DNA of 64,000 nt from Guillardia theta CCMP2712 (GCF_000315625.1 NW_005434623.1:84535-148534), one strand, 5' to 3'; shown: positions 49,149-63,475, numbered from the stretch's first letter. Made by a program: numbers and translations. The notes: generated from the letters alone by a model not told the origin.

Positions 49149-52100
49149 GCCTGCGTTGGTGGATGCTCTTGCCTTGTAGTCATTTTTGATGACAACCGAT
49201 GTGTAGCTTCGTCTCTCCTCGTCTCCTCCATCTCACGCTACTTCTCTCAGCTCTTGGAAACGTTATCAGCGCACTAGTCGATGCCAAGACAGCTCACATC
49301 CCGTACAGAGACAGCAAGTTAACGAGGCTGCTCCAGGTCCTCCTTCTCTTCCTATCTCGCCCTCCTCGACCACCACCGCCACCACCTAACAGCTCCTCCT
49401 CCTCTTGCAATCTCCACCACCTAACTCCTCCTCCTTCTCCTTCCTCCTTCCTCCTACTCTTCATCATAACTTTCATGATCCTTTTTCTTCTCCTTCTCCT
49501 GTTCTCATCATCTCATCACCTGCTTATCTTGCTCATTTTTGCGAGCGCATCTCATCTCTGTGCAGGATTCTCTGGGAGGCAATACTAGGACTGTGATGGT
49601 TGCAAACATTGGGCCGGCAGATTACAATTATGACGAGACGCTGTCGACTCTCCGGTGCATAGAGGAGGAGGAGAAGGATGAGGATGGGGAGGAGGAGGAG
49701 GAGGTGGTGGTGGAGGGCGAGGAGGAGGAGGAGGAGGAGGAGGAGGAGGAGGAGGAGGAGGAGGATTCTGAAAATCAAGTGGGGGATCGCAGGTATGCAA
49801 ACCGAGCAAAGTCTATCAAGAACAAACCGAAGGTTAGTGGTGTCATTATTCTAAAGCCTATTCTCTTCGATCTTCTCCTACCCTCCTCCACCTCGACTTA
49901 GCTCAATTGCATTGCAGATCAACGAGGACCCCAAAGATGCAATGCTGCGACAGGTCTTTCTCATTGTTGTCCCCCTGCCCTCCACACACGCACCATCTTC
50001 CTGCTGGATTGTTATTGCAACAGATTACGCCATCTTCCCTGCTCAATCGCTCTCCGTCTTTCTCCTTCTTTTCTCCTCTCCTCTCTCCCTTCTCCTCTCA
50101 TGCATGCCCACTGCTTTCCTCTGCCATCTCCCCTTCTCTCACGACTTCAACTCTCTTCTCTGGCCTCGTTTGCTCCTTCCCCTTCTCTCTCTCCTCCTCT
50201 AACCTCCTCTCCTTCAGTTCCAAGAAGAGATCGAAGCTCTCAAGGCCCAGCTAGCAACTCGAGGAGGGGCTCATCCCTCCGGCAGCCTCTCAGCCGGAGG
50301 CCACCACGAGGACGCGATTGTCTCCATGTCAACCGAAGAGCTAGAGGAAACTAAGGTGCTTTCTGCTCCTGCTCCTGCTTCTGCTCCTGCTCCTGCTTCT
50401 CTCCCTGCTCCTGCTCCTGCTCGTGCTCGTGCTCCTGCTTCTCTCCCTGCTCCTGCTCCTGCTCCTGCTTCTGCTTCTGCTTCTGCTCCTGCTCCTGCTC
50501 CTGCTCCTGCTTCTGCTCCTGCTTCTGCTCCTGCTTCTGCTTCTGCTCCTGCTTCTGCTCATGCTCCTGCACCTGCTCTTAACCTCCTCCTCCTACCCTG
50601 CTGCTGCTCCTGCTGCTGCTCCTGCACCTGCTCTTAACCTCCTGCTCCTGCTCCTGCTCCACCACCACCACCTGCTGCCTCTGGGGCTTGTTTCACTCCT
50701 TCTGCTCCTCTGATCTTGTTTCCCTCTCGATCTTCTCATTCCTCTCACGCACATGTTCTTCTCTTACACTCTGATGTTTTTTCCTCATCGTGCCCCGGCC
50801 TGCAGAGAGAGCTCGAGAAGCAGAAGCTGGCGCTCAAGGAGCAGGAGGTCAGTGAGGAAGAGGGAAAGGAAAGGAGATGAGGAGGTGAAACAGAAGGGAG
50901 AAGAGAGGAGGGAGGAGGGAGGAGGGAGGAGGGAGGAAGGAGGTGAGACGGTCCTGCAGGCGGTCGACCAGGAAGAGAAGCAACTTGAGCTGAAGAAAAG
51001 AGAGCAGGAGATCACAAGGTCACCCTCACTCCCCTTCCCGCGTTGATGAACTGAGCATACAGCATCTGAGCTCCATCTTCTCTTTCTTCCTCCTCCTGCC
51101 TCTGCTCCGTTTCCATGAAAATGTTTTATTTTTCCTGTGTCAGAGAGCAACGAGCCCGCGAACATCTCGCCAAGCAAATCGCTGCCATGCAGGTGACAAG
51201 GGCATGGGGAAGGAGAGGGGGAGAAAAGAGGAGGAAGAGATTTCGAAAGCTGAGGAAGAGGAGGAGGAGAAGGACAAGGAGGAACTCACAAACGTCAGGC
51301 ACAAATCATGCAATCCAACGCGGACGAGGAGAAAGTGAGAGCTCTTCTGCTCCTTCACTTCTGTCATGAAGAGTTCTCAGGTCCGCGAGCTGGAGGAGAA
51401 GGCTCAGGCTGCTCGGGACATGATCGAAGAGCAGCTGAAAAAGGTGGGGGAACGTGGGGCAGGTGCTCGCAGCTGCTGACCAGCTCAAGGAACGGGAGCT
51501 GAGAGAGCAGCTCAAGAGCAAGGAGGACGAACAGGTTGAGGGAGAGCTAGGGGGAGGCGCAGCGACTGACCGGGAGCTGCCTAGCTGAACATCGAGGAGG
51601 AGTTCACGTCGCTGCAAGAGGAGCTGGTGGCGAAGACGAAGAAGCTAAAGAAGCTCTTCGGCAAGTATGAGCAGGTCAAGGAGCAAGTCACGGAAGGTGA
51701 TGCGAACTCACGAGGAGGAGAAGGGAAAGGAGGAGAAAGAGGAAGAGCCTGAGAGAGGAGGAGAGGGAGAGATGGAACAACAGGAGCCTCCGAGGGCAGC
51801 TGGAGAGGAAGAGGGAGATGGGGAGGAGGGGGGAGTGGAAGAGGAGGAGGGGAGAGGAGGAGGAGGAGAAGAGAGGGAGGTGTAAGGAGTGACGTGTCTT
51901 TCCCGGCAGCCAAGGAGATGAACCAGAGGGAGAGAGAGGATCTCCTCGACATCATCCGCCAGCAGGACAAGGTGGGCGGAGGCTCTAGAGGCCCTGCAGC
52001 TGACTTCAGACCTGAGAGCTGAGAACCATGAGCTGAGAACTGAGCTGAGGTTTGATGGATGGAGGCAGGACCTGAAGCTCATGATGCTTGTGGTGAACTC

Positions 52101-53117
52101 GTTCATTCCCGAGGAGTATTTGGAGAAGGTAACCCTTGCTGTTCATTGATACATCCTCCGATCAAGTCCCTCCCTCCTGGCCTTCCGGCTCGCGTTTCCT
52201 CCTTTCTCCCAAAATTCCTGTATCATCTTTTCCTCTCTTTCTGCCCTCAATCTCCTTTTCAGTCAGTGCTTTCAAGTTTCCATCTCCATGGTTCCTTTTC
52301 TGTGTCCTCAGCCTCTGGCTATCAGTGAACCCTAACCTGTCATGCCGCGTTGTCGCAGATACAAGATGTCGCGGTCTATGACGAGCAGCAAAGTGTCTGG
52401 GATATCAGGTGAACTAAAACTTCGCTCCCCTTCCTGGCCCCCCACCCCCACACTGGGCCGACCACCCCAGCCTTCTTCCAGCCTTGCCCTTGAGAAAACA
52501 CCCTTCTGTCCCTCCGAAGGCCTACTCCTCCTGCTCCTCCTGCTCCTCCTGCTCCTCCTGCTCCTCCTGCTCCTCCTGCTCCTTCTGAAACTGATCTACC
52601 TCACAGCCACCTCGACGTGTCTGGGCGGCAAGAGGAGCAGAGGAGGAACAAGCAGTAAGGAGGAGAGGATTGTTATACCCTCTCTCATAACCTCACACAG
52701 TACGGAAGCGAAACTGAAACCGAGCTCATCGGACAGCTCTGATTCAGAGAGTGTGGGAGAAATGGCAGCTGGTTGTTCCCTCCCCTCAGCGGGGTTTCCC
52801 CTCCCCTGCCTGCCCCTCAGTGTCTTCACCCCTGTCTTCAAGCTCGCTCTCCTTCCCTCCCATCCCATCGCTTCCCATCCTCCTCTCCGTCCCTTCCTGT
52901 TGTTTCATTCCTACTCCTTACATGTCTTCAAGTCCTCGCCTTATTGAACCTTCTTCCACTGACCGCTGACCTGCCTTCAGCCATGGCTCAGAAGAACATC
53001 TTCTTCTCTTACGGCTCCAAGGCGTCTGATCGGTGAGCGGTTTCAACATACGGTTCTTCTTCTTTACTTGTCTACAGCCCCCAGAGCTCCCGCAAGGTCA
53101 GCAAGAGGAGCAAGTGA
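47046..53117 (+). CDS. KIF3: Kinesin-2 motor subunit (KIF3/FLA10/FLA8-like), many exons
   Basis: [130 protein letters not shown], coiled-coil stalk; stop 53115-53117. Confidence 0.93.
50361..50660. repeat. (CCTGCT/TCTGCT)n intronic microsatellite
   Basis: Directly visible within a kinesin intron. Confidence 0.9.
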
Positions 53118-53308
53118 CCGACGGGGACTCGGTGAAAGAAGAGTGCCGGCCGATTAGCACGCTGGGAACAGATGGCAAGTAGCGCGGCCGAGAGAGAGAG
53201 AGAGAGAGAGTAAAGGTTTGAGAGACATCAATGATTCTGCTTGCTGCTCTATTCATTGATCCCACAAAAACAAGGAAGAGAAATCCTCTTCACCACATGG
53301 CGATGCCG

Positions 53309-54810
53309 CTATCGTTTTGACCAATTCTCTCTTATCTTCATCTTCAGCGTCATCTCAACGTGTGACTGATCTTTATCTTCAGCATAGATCTGTACAGCAT
53401 CTTGAAGCATCGTTTTCATCCTTCTGTCTTGCTCTTGTTCACCCAATAGGAAGTTAGGCAAAGGAGAAATTCGGTTGGCGAGGACGGAAACGACGCCTCT
53501 CGGAGTGATCTTGCGCACCCCGTGACTGCACAAGTCAAGGATAAAGATATTGCCCTTGCTGTCAACCGAAACGCTCGAGCCGCCCAACACATCAGCTGGA
53601 TGTCCTGCTGGGCCTTGCACAGCTGTGAGGTCGGACGACATGCTGCTCATGTCAGGGCTGTCCTGACCAGCTCGGGGGGAGTTGGATGACGACTGTTCCG
53701 ACTCCGAAGGGCTCTCCTCCAGTTTGACAGCCTGCGTGTTTGCGTGGCAGCTCCTCCGATGGGTGTACTTGTTCCTCAGGCCCTCGTCCCACCAGAACGT
53801 CCTGCTGCCTTCGAAGTCAAGGCCGTGACTTGCTCTCTTCGTTCCCTGCAGGAGTCGGTCAAGAACAGAGCGGTACGCCATCACGAGCACATACCTCAGT
53901 GGGGAAGAAGCCTAGTCTACGAAGAATCTGGTACAGCGAGTTGGGTTTGTAGATCTTTCCCTCTTTTCCCGCCATGAACCATTCTCGTCTCCTCCTATGC
54001 CACTCGTCCATCATATGATCCTTCACCGTCCAGCCACAAATACCTTTTCAAGATGGTTAGCGGATGAGTGAAATACATGCAGGTGCTACAAGAAGCTTTG
54101 GGAAAAGATCAGAAAGCTCTTACCCTTGAGCCTGCTTGGAACTTTTCCAAAGTGTCTGACGACAACTCCATCAGTTTCTAGCACTTCTAGGAATTGCAAG
54201 AACGAATTCCCACTACTCAGCGTCTGCAAACAAGGTCATGCACAGAAGTGAAGTAAAAGGTTGTACACCTGCTTTGGTACTCTCTCATGCCCAGATGGCA
54301 ACGAGCTGTCACTCTCTGCTTTGCATGATGATGCTTTTTGTTCTTCAAGGAGTTTTCCAATGTTTCAAAGTTCGGGTGAGATCGTTTCCCAACATTACTG
54401 GCTGCCTCCCATGAGGCCTCCGCCCTTGTAGCAGTTTGTTGATACTCAGCTACCACGGATGAAGAACCACTAGAGATGGATGATACAGCAGATGTTTGAT
54501 CAGAACTACGTGCATCATTCGCTTTCTGAAGAGACTGCAAAAGACTGTACGCCGAGGGAATGAAATCTTCGTTTCTCAAGGTTTCGGCATGGCTCAATGT
54601 TTTGTTCGGCAGGGAACTCAGCATCACCACGTTCTGAGTATTCCAGATGCTGTTTGGAATGCTGTTGGTCGCCACTTGAGAAACAAAATCCGTCTGAGAG
54701 CCTTTCTTGTGGTCCTGCGGCGCTTTGGTGTTGACGTAAGACACCATTTCTTGCTCCGCTGCCCGGGGAAATGGGCTGTTATGCTGGATCGCGACAAATT
54801 CTGATTGCAA
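53309..54810 (-). CDS. Hypothetical protein with an NHL-like repeat, multi-exon
   Basis: SVSVDSKGNIFILDLCSHGVRKITPRGVVSVLA is an NHL beta-propeller blade signature; upstream Ser-rich exon 54217-54810; true start further upstream. Confidence 0.55.
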
Positions 54811-56461
54811 GAGATAGATCTGAGGCTTTCAAACCAAAGCAAGGAAGAGGCCGTGTATATCGAGGGCCTCGTCTGGGAACACTACAAGTAAAGCTGAAGG
54901 AAGAGTTCGCAAGAGCAAGGAGCGAGCGGCGAGGAGGAGGGGCGGATGAAGCTACTGGTTGCAGGAGAAAGACAGGTGAAGGGAGGAGCGGAGAGCGTAG
55001 GGGGTAGGACGAGGAGCTCTCTTTCCCTTGCTGAACAAGCAGCTTCTCGTGCTTCTTCCTCGGCGCCTCTATCGCCCTAACTTACTTCGACCCCTCGGAA
55101 GGTTCAGGGGGTTCTTTCATAGGGAACTGGGGTAGTAAATATAGGTGGGGGTGGTGTCCACCCAAGGGTTTTGGCGTCACGGCGCGAGTGCGTGAGGAAA
55201 AAAAAGCTAGAAAAAGGCAAAGAATGTAGTCTTAAAGGGGGTGGGGTAGGTTTGCACGTACGGAAGGGTAGTAGGGGTGGTTGAAGGTGGGCGGTGTAAA
55301 ATTAACGGAAAGGTGTGGGGGTAGGGTGGTCTTGGCTGTGATTCGTCCACCTATCATTAATCCCGGGTAGGAGGTAGGGGTCAACCTCTCCGAAGAGGGT
55401 GGGAGGGACGTAGGACAAGACCAGGAGAGCGTCTCAAACGAGGGTGGGGGTATGAGAACGTTGGGGGTACTGGTACCTTCGGGGGTCAAATACTCATCCT
55501 GTCAAGGGGTAGGTAGGTCCAGGAGGATCCCTCCGGAGCTGGGATTGCAACGAGGGCAGCCGTACCACCATGGAAAAGGGAGGGGTGGAAGAAGTAATAA
55601 GGGTGGGTAGGCGATGAGTAGTGATTCAAATGGATAACAGCCTCTTTAAAACACTTGTAACGTTGAAGTTAAAATGTTTTTGAGAGAGTGGTCACGGCAT
55701 GGACCCCACCCTGCCAGGAGTGTGGTACTAATGCTGTGTTCCCGGATCGTGCGCATGCAAATTAAAAAGTATAGTAATAATCACTTTGTATATAACTTAG
55801 TAAAAGCATCAGAATACACCGTATCAGAAACAGTACCCCCACTGACTGATCTCAAGTGGTATTGTTGTACCAGTAATCGGACCACCCCACCCACTTAGGA
55901 GCTTTCGACGAGAACTGCAAACATCCTGCTGCAGGGCACATCGTGACACAAAAGTATAGCGAGCGCTACTGTAGGGCGCTAGGGCCTCAATGTATCCCAA
56001 GTTCCTAGGACATGCTATTCCCAGTAACGCTCTATTGCAGAGGTCGTAGCATCACCGTAGGTAAGTACCCTACATGCCGTGACCAACTAAAATGTAAAAA
56101 ATCCACGTGACCTCTTCGCGTATCCGATGGGCCTAAAATGTCAGTCACGGCGCGAGGGCTAAAAGTCGACCGTCCATTGCCGAAATTGATACTTTTCGTG
56201 AGCCATGCCAAACCGGTCCTCCGTTTTCAATTGCTGCCTTTTGAGGTTCAAATGTTGACAGCTGAAAAGTTAAACATTTGATCGGCTGTCTGAAATCTTT
56301 GGTTGACTACGGATTGGTCTGGAGATATTCGGAGAGGTAAGGGAAAGGCAGGATGTAGATAGACTCACTGATAACTCTCCCTCGCTCTTGAGCCCATGGG
56401 ATCACACAGGACGCTGAACCAACTGCTGCTGGAAGTTACACATGGAAGGGAAGCTGGCGAT

Positions 56462-59400
56462 CTAGCGACAAGAAGTTGACTTTGAAGGACAAGGAGGGAT
56501 GCCCTTATACGATGAACAACATACGTCTGCTAGAGGAAGATTGGGTGTGGGATCGAAACTAAACTCGTAGAGAGGGTCAGTGTCGTAGAGAGAGTCGGTG
56601 GCGAAGGACGACAGCATTCCACTTTGTTTTCGACGAGGGGAAGACTGCAGAGCGAACACAGCAGGACGGGACGAGAAGATGAATGGTGAAGGTCTAAGAG
56701 AATCATTGCGGACACGAGGCAAGAGAATGATATGCTGGAAGCTGGAAAACGTCGAGACGAGGAGAGGGGAGAGGGAAAAATAGAGTGACGACGACAGCGA
56801 CAACTTAAAGAATACATCTGAACATAAGATAAGGCTCTGCTACAGTACACCCTCCATTCAGCGCGAAACGTCTCGTCCTATCTTGGGGAGTTGAGATCTT
56901 CCGCTCTCACTGTCTCGCAGCTTCAATCCCTCCATGTTCAGCTCGCTCAGAGAATCCTGAGAAATTATATCAGGTGCGACTGGAAGTGATCTCAAGGAAT
57001 TATGGTCGTGAAGGATCCGTGAACGCATGAGGAGCAAGGGTCATAGCAGACAAGACAGCATGCAATAGACGAGATGGAGCTGATGAAAGTTTGTGATGGG
57101 AGGAAGCGAAAGCTCCGTGAAAGTATGAGATGCTTGTCACCTGCATACTTGAATCTCTCCCGTAGGTGGAGGCGTCGAGCTGGCAGAATGAAGTTATCTC
57201 ATTTAGAGGCACAATACACAACTAGACTGTTGGTTAACATAACCCGTCCTTACCTTGTCAGTCTGTGTCATGCTGCCGTCAACAGTCGAGTTTGTATCCA
57301 TCTGCCACTCAGTCTCAACGCAGCGGCAACAAGACAGAAAGGAAAGTCGCACTTCTCTCTTGAGCCTTGGCCCTCCGAACAGCTTCATTGATGCCTACAC
57401 GAGAGGAAATCATTCAGCTTCCGCCGGTTTGGTTGCAAGAAGGAGGGGTAGACGGGGGGGGGGCAAGATCAAACATGGAGGAAGGCATCACGAACGTGTT
57501 GGGACAGCACGAGCAGAGGAGGAGATGAGATGAGGAAACAGATGAGATGAAGAGAAGAACTCACTTGATCAGGAAAGGTCTTCTCAAACAGAAGGGTGAT
57601 AACCCTCTCCTGGGACAAGAGCAGCTCCAAAACCTGCAGAAAGAAAATGACCAGCAGTTCTCAACCCTGCCCTCTCCTCCTTATACCCTGTCCCGCTCCT
57701 CTTTCTGGTCCTCCGTCTCATGCAGGGAGCTAGCGGTGTTGTGCTTCTGCTGAACTATCAGTAGCAGACAGGAAGGAGGCAGGGATGCCTCACCGTCTGT
57801 GCGATTTTGTCCAAGGACTCCATCTTGTGTCTTGTGATCTGAAGAGAGGTAAGAAGCTGCGGACAGTGCAGGATTCCTCAAGCCTGCTTCTTGACATCGG
57901 CAAGACAGTCACGAAGGAAACCTGAGGAGGAGAGGAGAAGGTCAGGAAGGAGAAGAGAGGAGGAGAGGCGTGGTCACTTTCAAGCTCTGTCCTAGACGCC
58001 AGCTCCTTCACATGCGCGGTTCGCACCTTGAGGAAGAAAGAAAGTCATGAAGCAGAAGATGTAAGGAGTGAACAAACAGGAAGATAAACGAGGAAACAGG
58101 GTAAGATGAGGTCTTGACAGGAGGGAGGGAGAAGGAAGAGGGAGGAGGANNNNNNNNNNNNNNNNNNNNNNNNNNNNNNNNNNNNNNNNNNNNNNNNNNN
58201 NNNNNNNNNNNNNNNNNNNNNNNNNNNNNNNNNNNNNNNNNNNNNNNNNCTGACTAGCCTCAGCCTTAACGTTCTTGATTCCATCTCAAGTAGCGTATGC
58301 GCAGTAGATGAATGATGTCATCACATTCACTACCTGGAGAGAAACGCAGGAGGTGAGGGTAGTCATGGCAATGAAGTAGCGTGATTCAACCGTATTCGCG
58401 AGAAAGGTCACAGTCTCTCTCTCGAGGATGAGGAACCTGATGGAGCCCACAAGTACTGAGCTCGACCCAGGGTGAAGCCAACCTCCCTTAGCCGGGCTCT
58501 CTCATCCTCTATCAGCTTCCTCATCCTCGAGATAGAGACTTTGACCTTCTCAATCTTCCATGGAGTCAGTCACAGGGGTATATCTCCTCTCTTCTTCCTC
58601 CTCTCCTCCTTTCTCTTCCCCCTCCCCCTCCCCCCCTTTCCTCCTCCTCTACCTGCGCATACGCCTCCTCCTCCATCTGCTTTGATTCCTGCGGCTGACC
58701 GAGGAAGTGAGTGAGGCTGATCGTCGACTCCTCGCCATGCTCACCTTGCTCCCATCCTCCGCCGGCGGGCGCTCCTCCTCCTGACTTCTCTGACGCTTGG
58801 AATGGTCGGTGGCGAGGAAGGCTCTGGAGGGGCAGGGGGGAGGGAGAAAGTCAGAAGAATCGGATACAGGGCCGATGGGAATCAGGATTGAAGGATGCAG
58901 AAAGGAGAAAACAAACGACAAACGAGACAACTGATATGAGGGGAGGCGGATGTAGCAAGACAGGAAACAGGATGAGTGAAAGCAGGCAAGAGGAAGAGCA
59001 AGATGGAGGAGAAGGAAACGGGAAAGGAGGGAGGGAGAGGGAGAGACGGGGGGAACAGGGGGGGGAGGAAGAAAGGGAAACGGAAAGGGTGTTGAGAGCA
59101 GAGAAAGCGTTCACAACGCGCAGTTGGAACAGAACAGGAGCATCAGAGGAGGATGTAGAGGAGAGGAGATAGAAGTAGACTTACCGCATTGAGACAGTAG
59201 CAGCGTCTTCACGATCCTGTGCAGAGCATAAGAGAGCGGGAGGGAGGGAGGGAGGGAGGGAGGGAGGGAAAGCTGAGACTAGGAGAAAGCAAGAAAGAAA
59301 GATGAGGAGTAGTGGGGTCAAGAGAAGCGAAATGAAAGAACCTTCTTGAGCTTGAGATTCTCCTTCTTGAGGGCGACCAACTGATGGAGGTGTCAGTGCA

Positions 59401-62400
59401 AAAGAATGATACTTAGCGAGGTTCATCACGATTGAAAGTTGACATCATCATTACAATCATCATCATCACCATCACCATCACCATCACCATCACCATCACC
59501 ATCACCACAATCGTCGCTTCTCTTACCTGTGACTCCAGGTATCGGACATCATCCTCGTGTGAATGATACTCCGCCTGCCAAGACTGTCAGCACCCGGCAA
59601 GACATGCGAGGAAAGAGAAGAGGGAGAGAGGGAGAGAGGGAGAGAGAGAGAGAGAGAGAGGAGGAGAGAGGGAGAGGGGCCGGATAGTGGGGAGAGAGAC
59701 AAGCAAGAAGGGGGTGGGAGGGGGAGGAAGAGGCTGGCCGTTGTTGCTGTGTTTGAGTGAAAGCGACAGGCGTGTGAGCATGTATGAGCATGTATGAGCA
59801 TGTATTGATCTACCTGCAGCCTCGTTGACTCCTTGGTCAGCCTCTCGTTCTCGGCATCTGCAGGTAAGTTAACGTCAGACATTCACACTTGTGCGCTGCA
59901 AATGAAATCTCCCTGTCATTATGAGGTGGTGGTGGAAGAGGAGGAGGAGGAGGAGGAGGAGAAGGAGGAGGAGAAGGAGGAGGAGGAGGAGGAGGAGCAG
60001 CAGCAGCAGCACTATGACTTCCACTACCTGGACTTCCTCCTCCTTCCCCCCTCCATCCATCAAGTGCCACCAAAACTTTTCTTCCCCCACCCTCCCTCTT
60101 CCCCTCCTCCTCCTCCTCCTCCACTCCTCTCACTCCCTGTGCTTACCCAGTCGGATCGATTCTTCTTTGTAGTGCTCGAGCTCCCTTGCAAGTTTCGTGG
60201 CCTGTCAAGCATGCGGCACGTCAAGTCTTGATCTAGTTCTCTCCGTGCGATGGAGACTCGTAGCTCCTCTCCTCCTTTCTCTCGCTTGTGTCCTCCCTGC
60301 TCCCGTTTCTTCTCCTCTCTTCCAGTTCCTTCCTTCAACTTCTCCTTTCACTATCCCCCGTCTTGACTCCTTCCTCCTCGCCTCCTCCTGCGCAGCAACT
60401 GCCGCCGCCGTCTCCTCCTCTCTCACCCGTTCCAGCCATGACCGCGGTATCCCTCCGACTGCTTCATTGTTTTTCTTTCCTCCCGTCTTCTTCAGTTTGT
60501 CTTCCACCTGCACCAAATGCATCAGCCTCCCTCTTGCGCCTCCCCAGCACAGCTCATCCCCCCCCNNNNNNNNNNNNNNNNNNNNNNNNNNNNNNNNNNN
60601 NNNNNNNNNNNNNNNNNNNNNNNNNNNNNNNNNNNNNNNNNNNNNNNNNNNNNNNNNNNNNNNNNNNNNNNNNNNNNNNNNNNNNNNNNNNNNNNNNNNN
60701 NNNNNNNNNNNNNNNNNNNNNNNNNNNNNNNNNNNNNNNNNNNNNNNNNNNNNNNNNNNNNNNNNNNNNNNNNNNNNNNNNNNNNNNNNNNNNNNNNNNN
60801 NNNNNNNNNGAGAGGAGAGGAGAGAGAGAGAGGAGTGGAGGAGGAGGGAGGAGGAGGAGGAGGAGGAGGAGGAGGAGGAGGAGAAGCAGAACCACTCTCT
60901 CAGCAAGCATAGCAAGCAATGAGAGAGCAGAGCGCTCATCAAACAGACAGATCAAGACCTGCTGTGAGCATCGAGAACACGACTTGTGCGGATAGGTCAG
61001 AGACATGAACAGAGAAGAGAAGAGGTCAAGGAGAGGAGTTTTTGATATGGGCAAAGGGGCAGCAGCCGCAGCAAGGGAAAGCGACGAAGGAGAGAGAGAG
61101 AAGAAAACTGAAGGATGAGGTGGCGCAAGCAATGAAACGCAATTACAAAACGATGAAGACAACGAAAGAAGGGTCAAAGACACAAGAAAAACAGCAGAGC
61201 GAGGTGATCTTTCATCTCAACTCATCTCATCTCATCTCATCTCATCTCATCTCATCTCATCTCATCTCATCTCATCTCATCTCATCTCATCTGTACATCA
61301 TGTACCGTGGCATCCCGTTGTTTTCGTTGCCTCGCGAGGAGATCGCCTGCAGAATATTTCAAACCCCTTCCCCTTCCCCGTTCCCTTCCCCCTCTCAACT
61401 TCGTCTTCCTCGCTTCCCGTCTCCTCCCCCTTTGGCTCCCTCTAGCGCCTCCTCACCTTCTCCAGCAGCTCCTTCATCCTCTTAATCTGTGACTGGTACT
61501 GGACCTCCCTCCGGATGAAGGCCTGTCCAATGTTAGCTCCTCCTCTCCCCTCCCTTCCCTGTACTCCCTCTCCCTCTCTTCCCCTCCCTGCACTCCCTCC
61601 CTCCATTCTCCTCCTCCCTCAGCCCTTCCTGCCCCCTCCCCCTCTGCTTACTCCATCCCTTCCTTGCTCCTCACTGCACAGACCTGCTGCTGTTCTTTCC
61701 CCTCCGCAATCATTCTGTCATGCTCCACCGAGAGCTCCTGTAGCTTCGCCTCCGTCTGCTTCACCATGGCCTGCAGACTCTCCACCTCCATTGCTCCCAG
61801 CTGCGACTGCATCCCCTGATCCATCGCCACCTGACGTTTCCTGCTCCTGTCCTGCCTCGACCTGACGCCTCGTCAGCGGTGAGGGAGGAGCAGCGAAAAG
61901 AGCAGAGGGGAGAAGAGAGGTCGATGCATCTGCAGATAAAGAGCAGCAGAGCCTGGGTAGGAGAGAAGAAGAGAATATGAGAGTTGAGAGCAGGACAAGG
62001 AGGACGGGAGATCGTAGCAGAGTACGGGATGAACGGGAAATAGTCCAACCTGCCCTTCCTCCCGACCCTCGAAGGGGAAGGGGAGCCGACGTTGTTCTCC
62101 TCTGGCATGGAGGATCGAAGGCTGTCGGCCAACTCGCGGAGCTTCTGGAGGGACAGAGGAACGACCTGAGACGCGAGCAGAGATGAGAAGATGGAGAAAG
62201 GGGAGGAGGGAGAGGGAGGGGGGGAGAGGGGAGGAGGGAGGAGGGGAGGGAGGGAGGAGGGGAGGAGGGGANNNNNNNNNNNNNNNNNNNNNNNNNNNNN
62301 NNNNNNNNNNNNNNNNNNNNNNNNNNNNNNNNNNNNNNNNNNNNNNNNNNNNNNNNNNNNNNNNNNNNNNNGGGGGGGGGATAGGGGAGGGAGCGGACTA

Positions 62401-62900
62401 CACTCAACGATGGGGTGCAGAAGGGCGGGAGAATGAAATGGGAAAAGAAAAAGAGGAGCGAAGGTGGAAAGTAGACCAACGAGTGGAGAGGACAGAGAGG
62501 TTCAGGGAGAAGGAAGGAGGGAGGGGGAGGGCAGCAGGAAGTAGGAAGGAGCGGTAAGACCTCCTGGATCCCGTCGTCAGCATTCATCACTTTCCCGCTG
62601 GGGTTTGAACCCTTTGTGCCAGGACGAGACATGCTGCTAAGTTCGCTAGTTCCTGCTCTTCAAACTAGTTCCCGACTATCTCACTCACGGGGAAAGCATC
62701 GCCAAGACATCTGTCAATTATGCAGTTAACCAATTGAAACTAAGGTCATGAAAGCACAAAGATCATCGAGCAGTAATCATGACAACAACAAAGATTCGAA
62801 GTATTCCAATGAGGATTCAGACTTCCCTTGTCTGTATACTGCATCGATGTACGACTGACCTTTGTCAGATCGTCACAACCTGACCCCGTGATAACCTCCC
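56462..62900 (-). CDS. Multi-exon coiled-coil hypothetical protein
   Basis: Short exons such as VAMDQGMQSQLGAMEVESLQAMVKQTEAKLQELSVEHDRMIAEGKEQQQ and DAENERLTKESTRLQ separated by pyrimidine-rich introns; three N-gaps; ends approximate. Confidence 0.5.
61215..61291. repeat. (CTCAT)n pentamer microsatellite
   Basis: Directly visible. Confidence 0.9.
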
Positions 62901-63339
62901 ACCCGCTATCATTTGCATCTTGACCTCAGATTCTTTCGTGTACCTTCTCCCTGCTTCTGCAATCGCCGCATACTCCTCTGATCCTGCTGATGTACCTCCT
63001 TTGACCTAATTCTGTTCATATCGCATGTTGTTGATGCTTTCACTTGGCCGAAGCTTTCGGGCATACCATCTTCCAATCAACCGCATCGTCTTCTTCTTTC
63101 CATCTCGCTCTCCCTCCCCCTCCTCTTGCTCTTGCTCTTGCTCTTGCTCTTGCTCCTCCTCGTCCTCGTCCTCTTCCTCTTCTTCTTCCTCTTCCTCCTC
63201 CTCCTTATCGGCTGTTGTGCCGGCCAGATGTTCATGATTTTCATTCTTTCATGCTCATTTCGCGCTTTCCGGCCGTTGCCGTTACTAAGTTATTCAGCCG
63301 TTTCAAAGTCGTTTCAGCCATTCCCCGGTGCGGCCTTGA

Positions 63340-63475
63340 CTAAAAGCCTCACCGGGCCCGGGCCGGCTCGGGCGACGGTTAGTACTGATCTTTAACTTAA
63401 CTTTGAGTAAACTTTAGAAAGAGCAGCCCGGGTAGCTGAGTGACGGGCCGGGCCGGGCCCGGCAGTGACTCAGCA
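63340..63475 (+). promoter_or_regulatory. GC-rich island with motif copy D (AGTACTGATCTTTAACTTAACTTTGAGTAA, 63381-63410)
   Basis: One mismatch to copies A/B; ~400 bp upstream of the TM9SF ATG. Confidence 0.55.
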
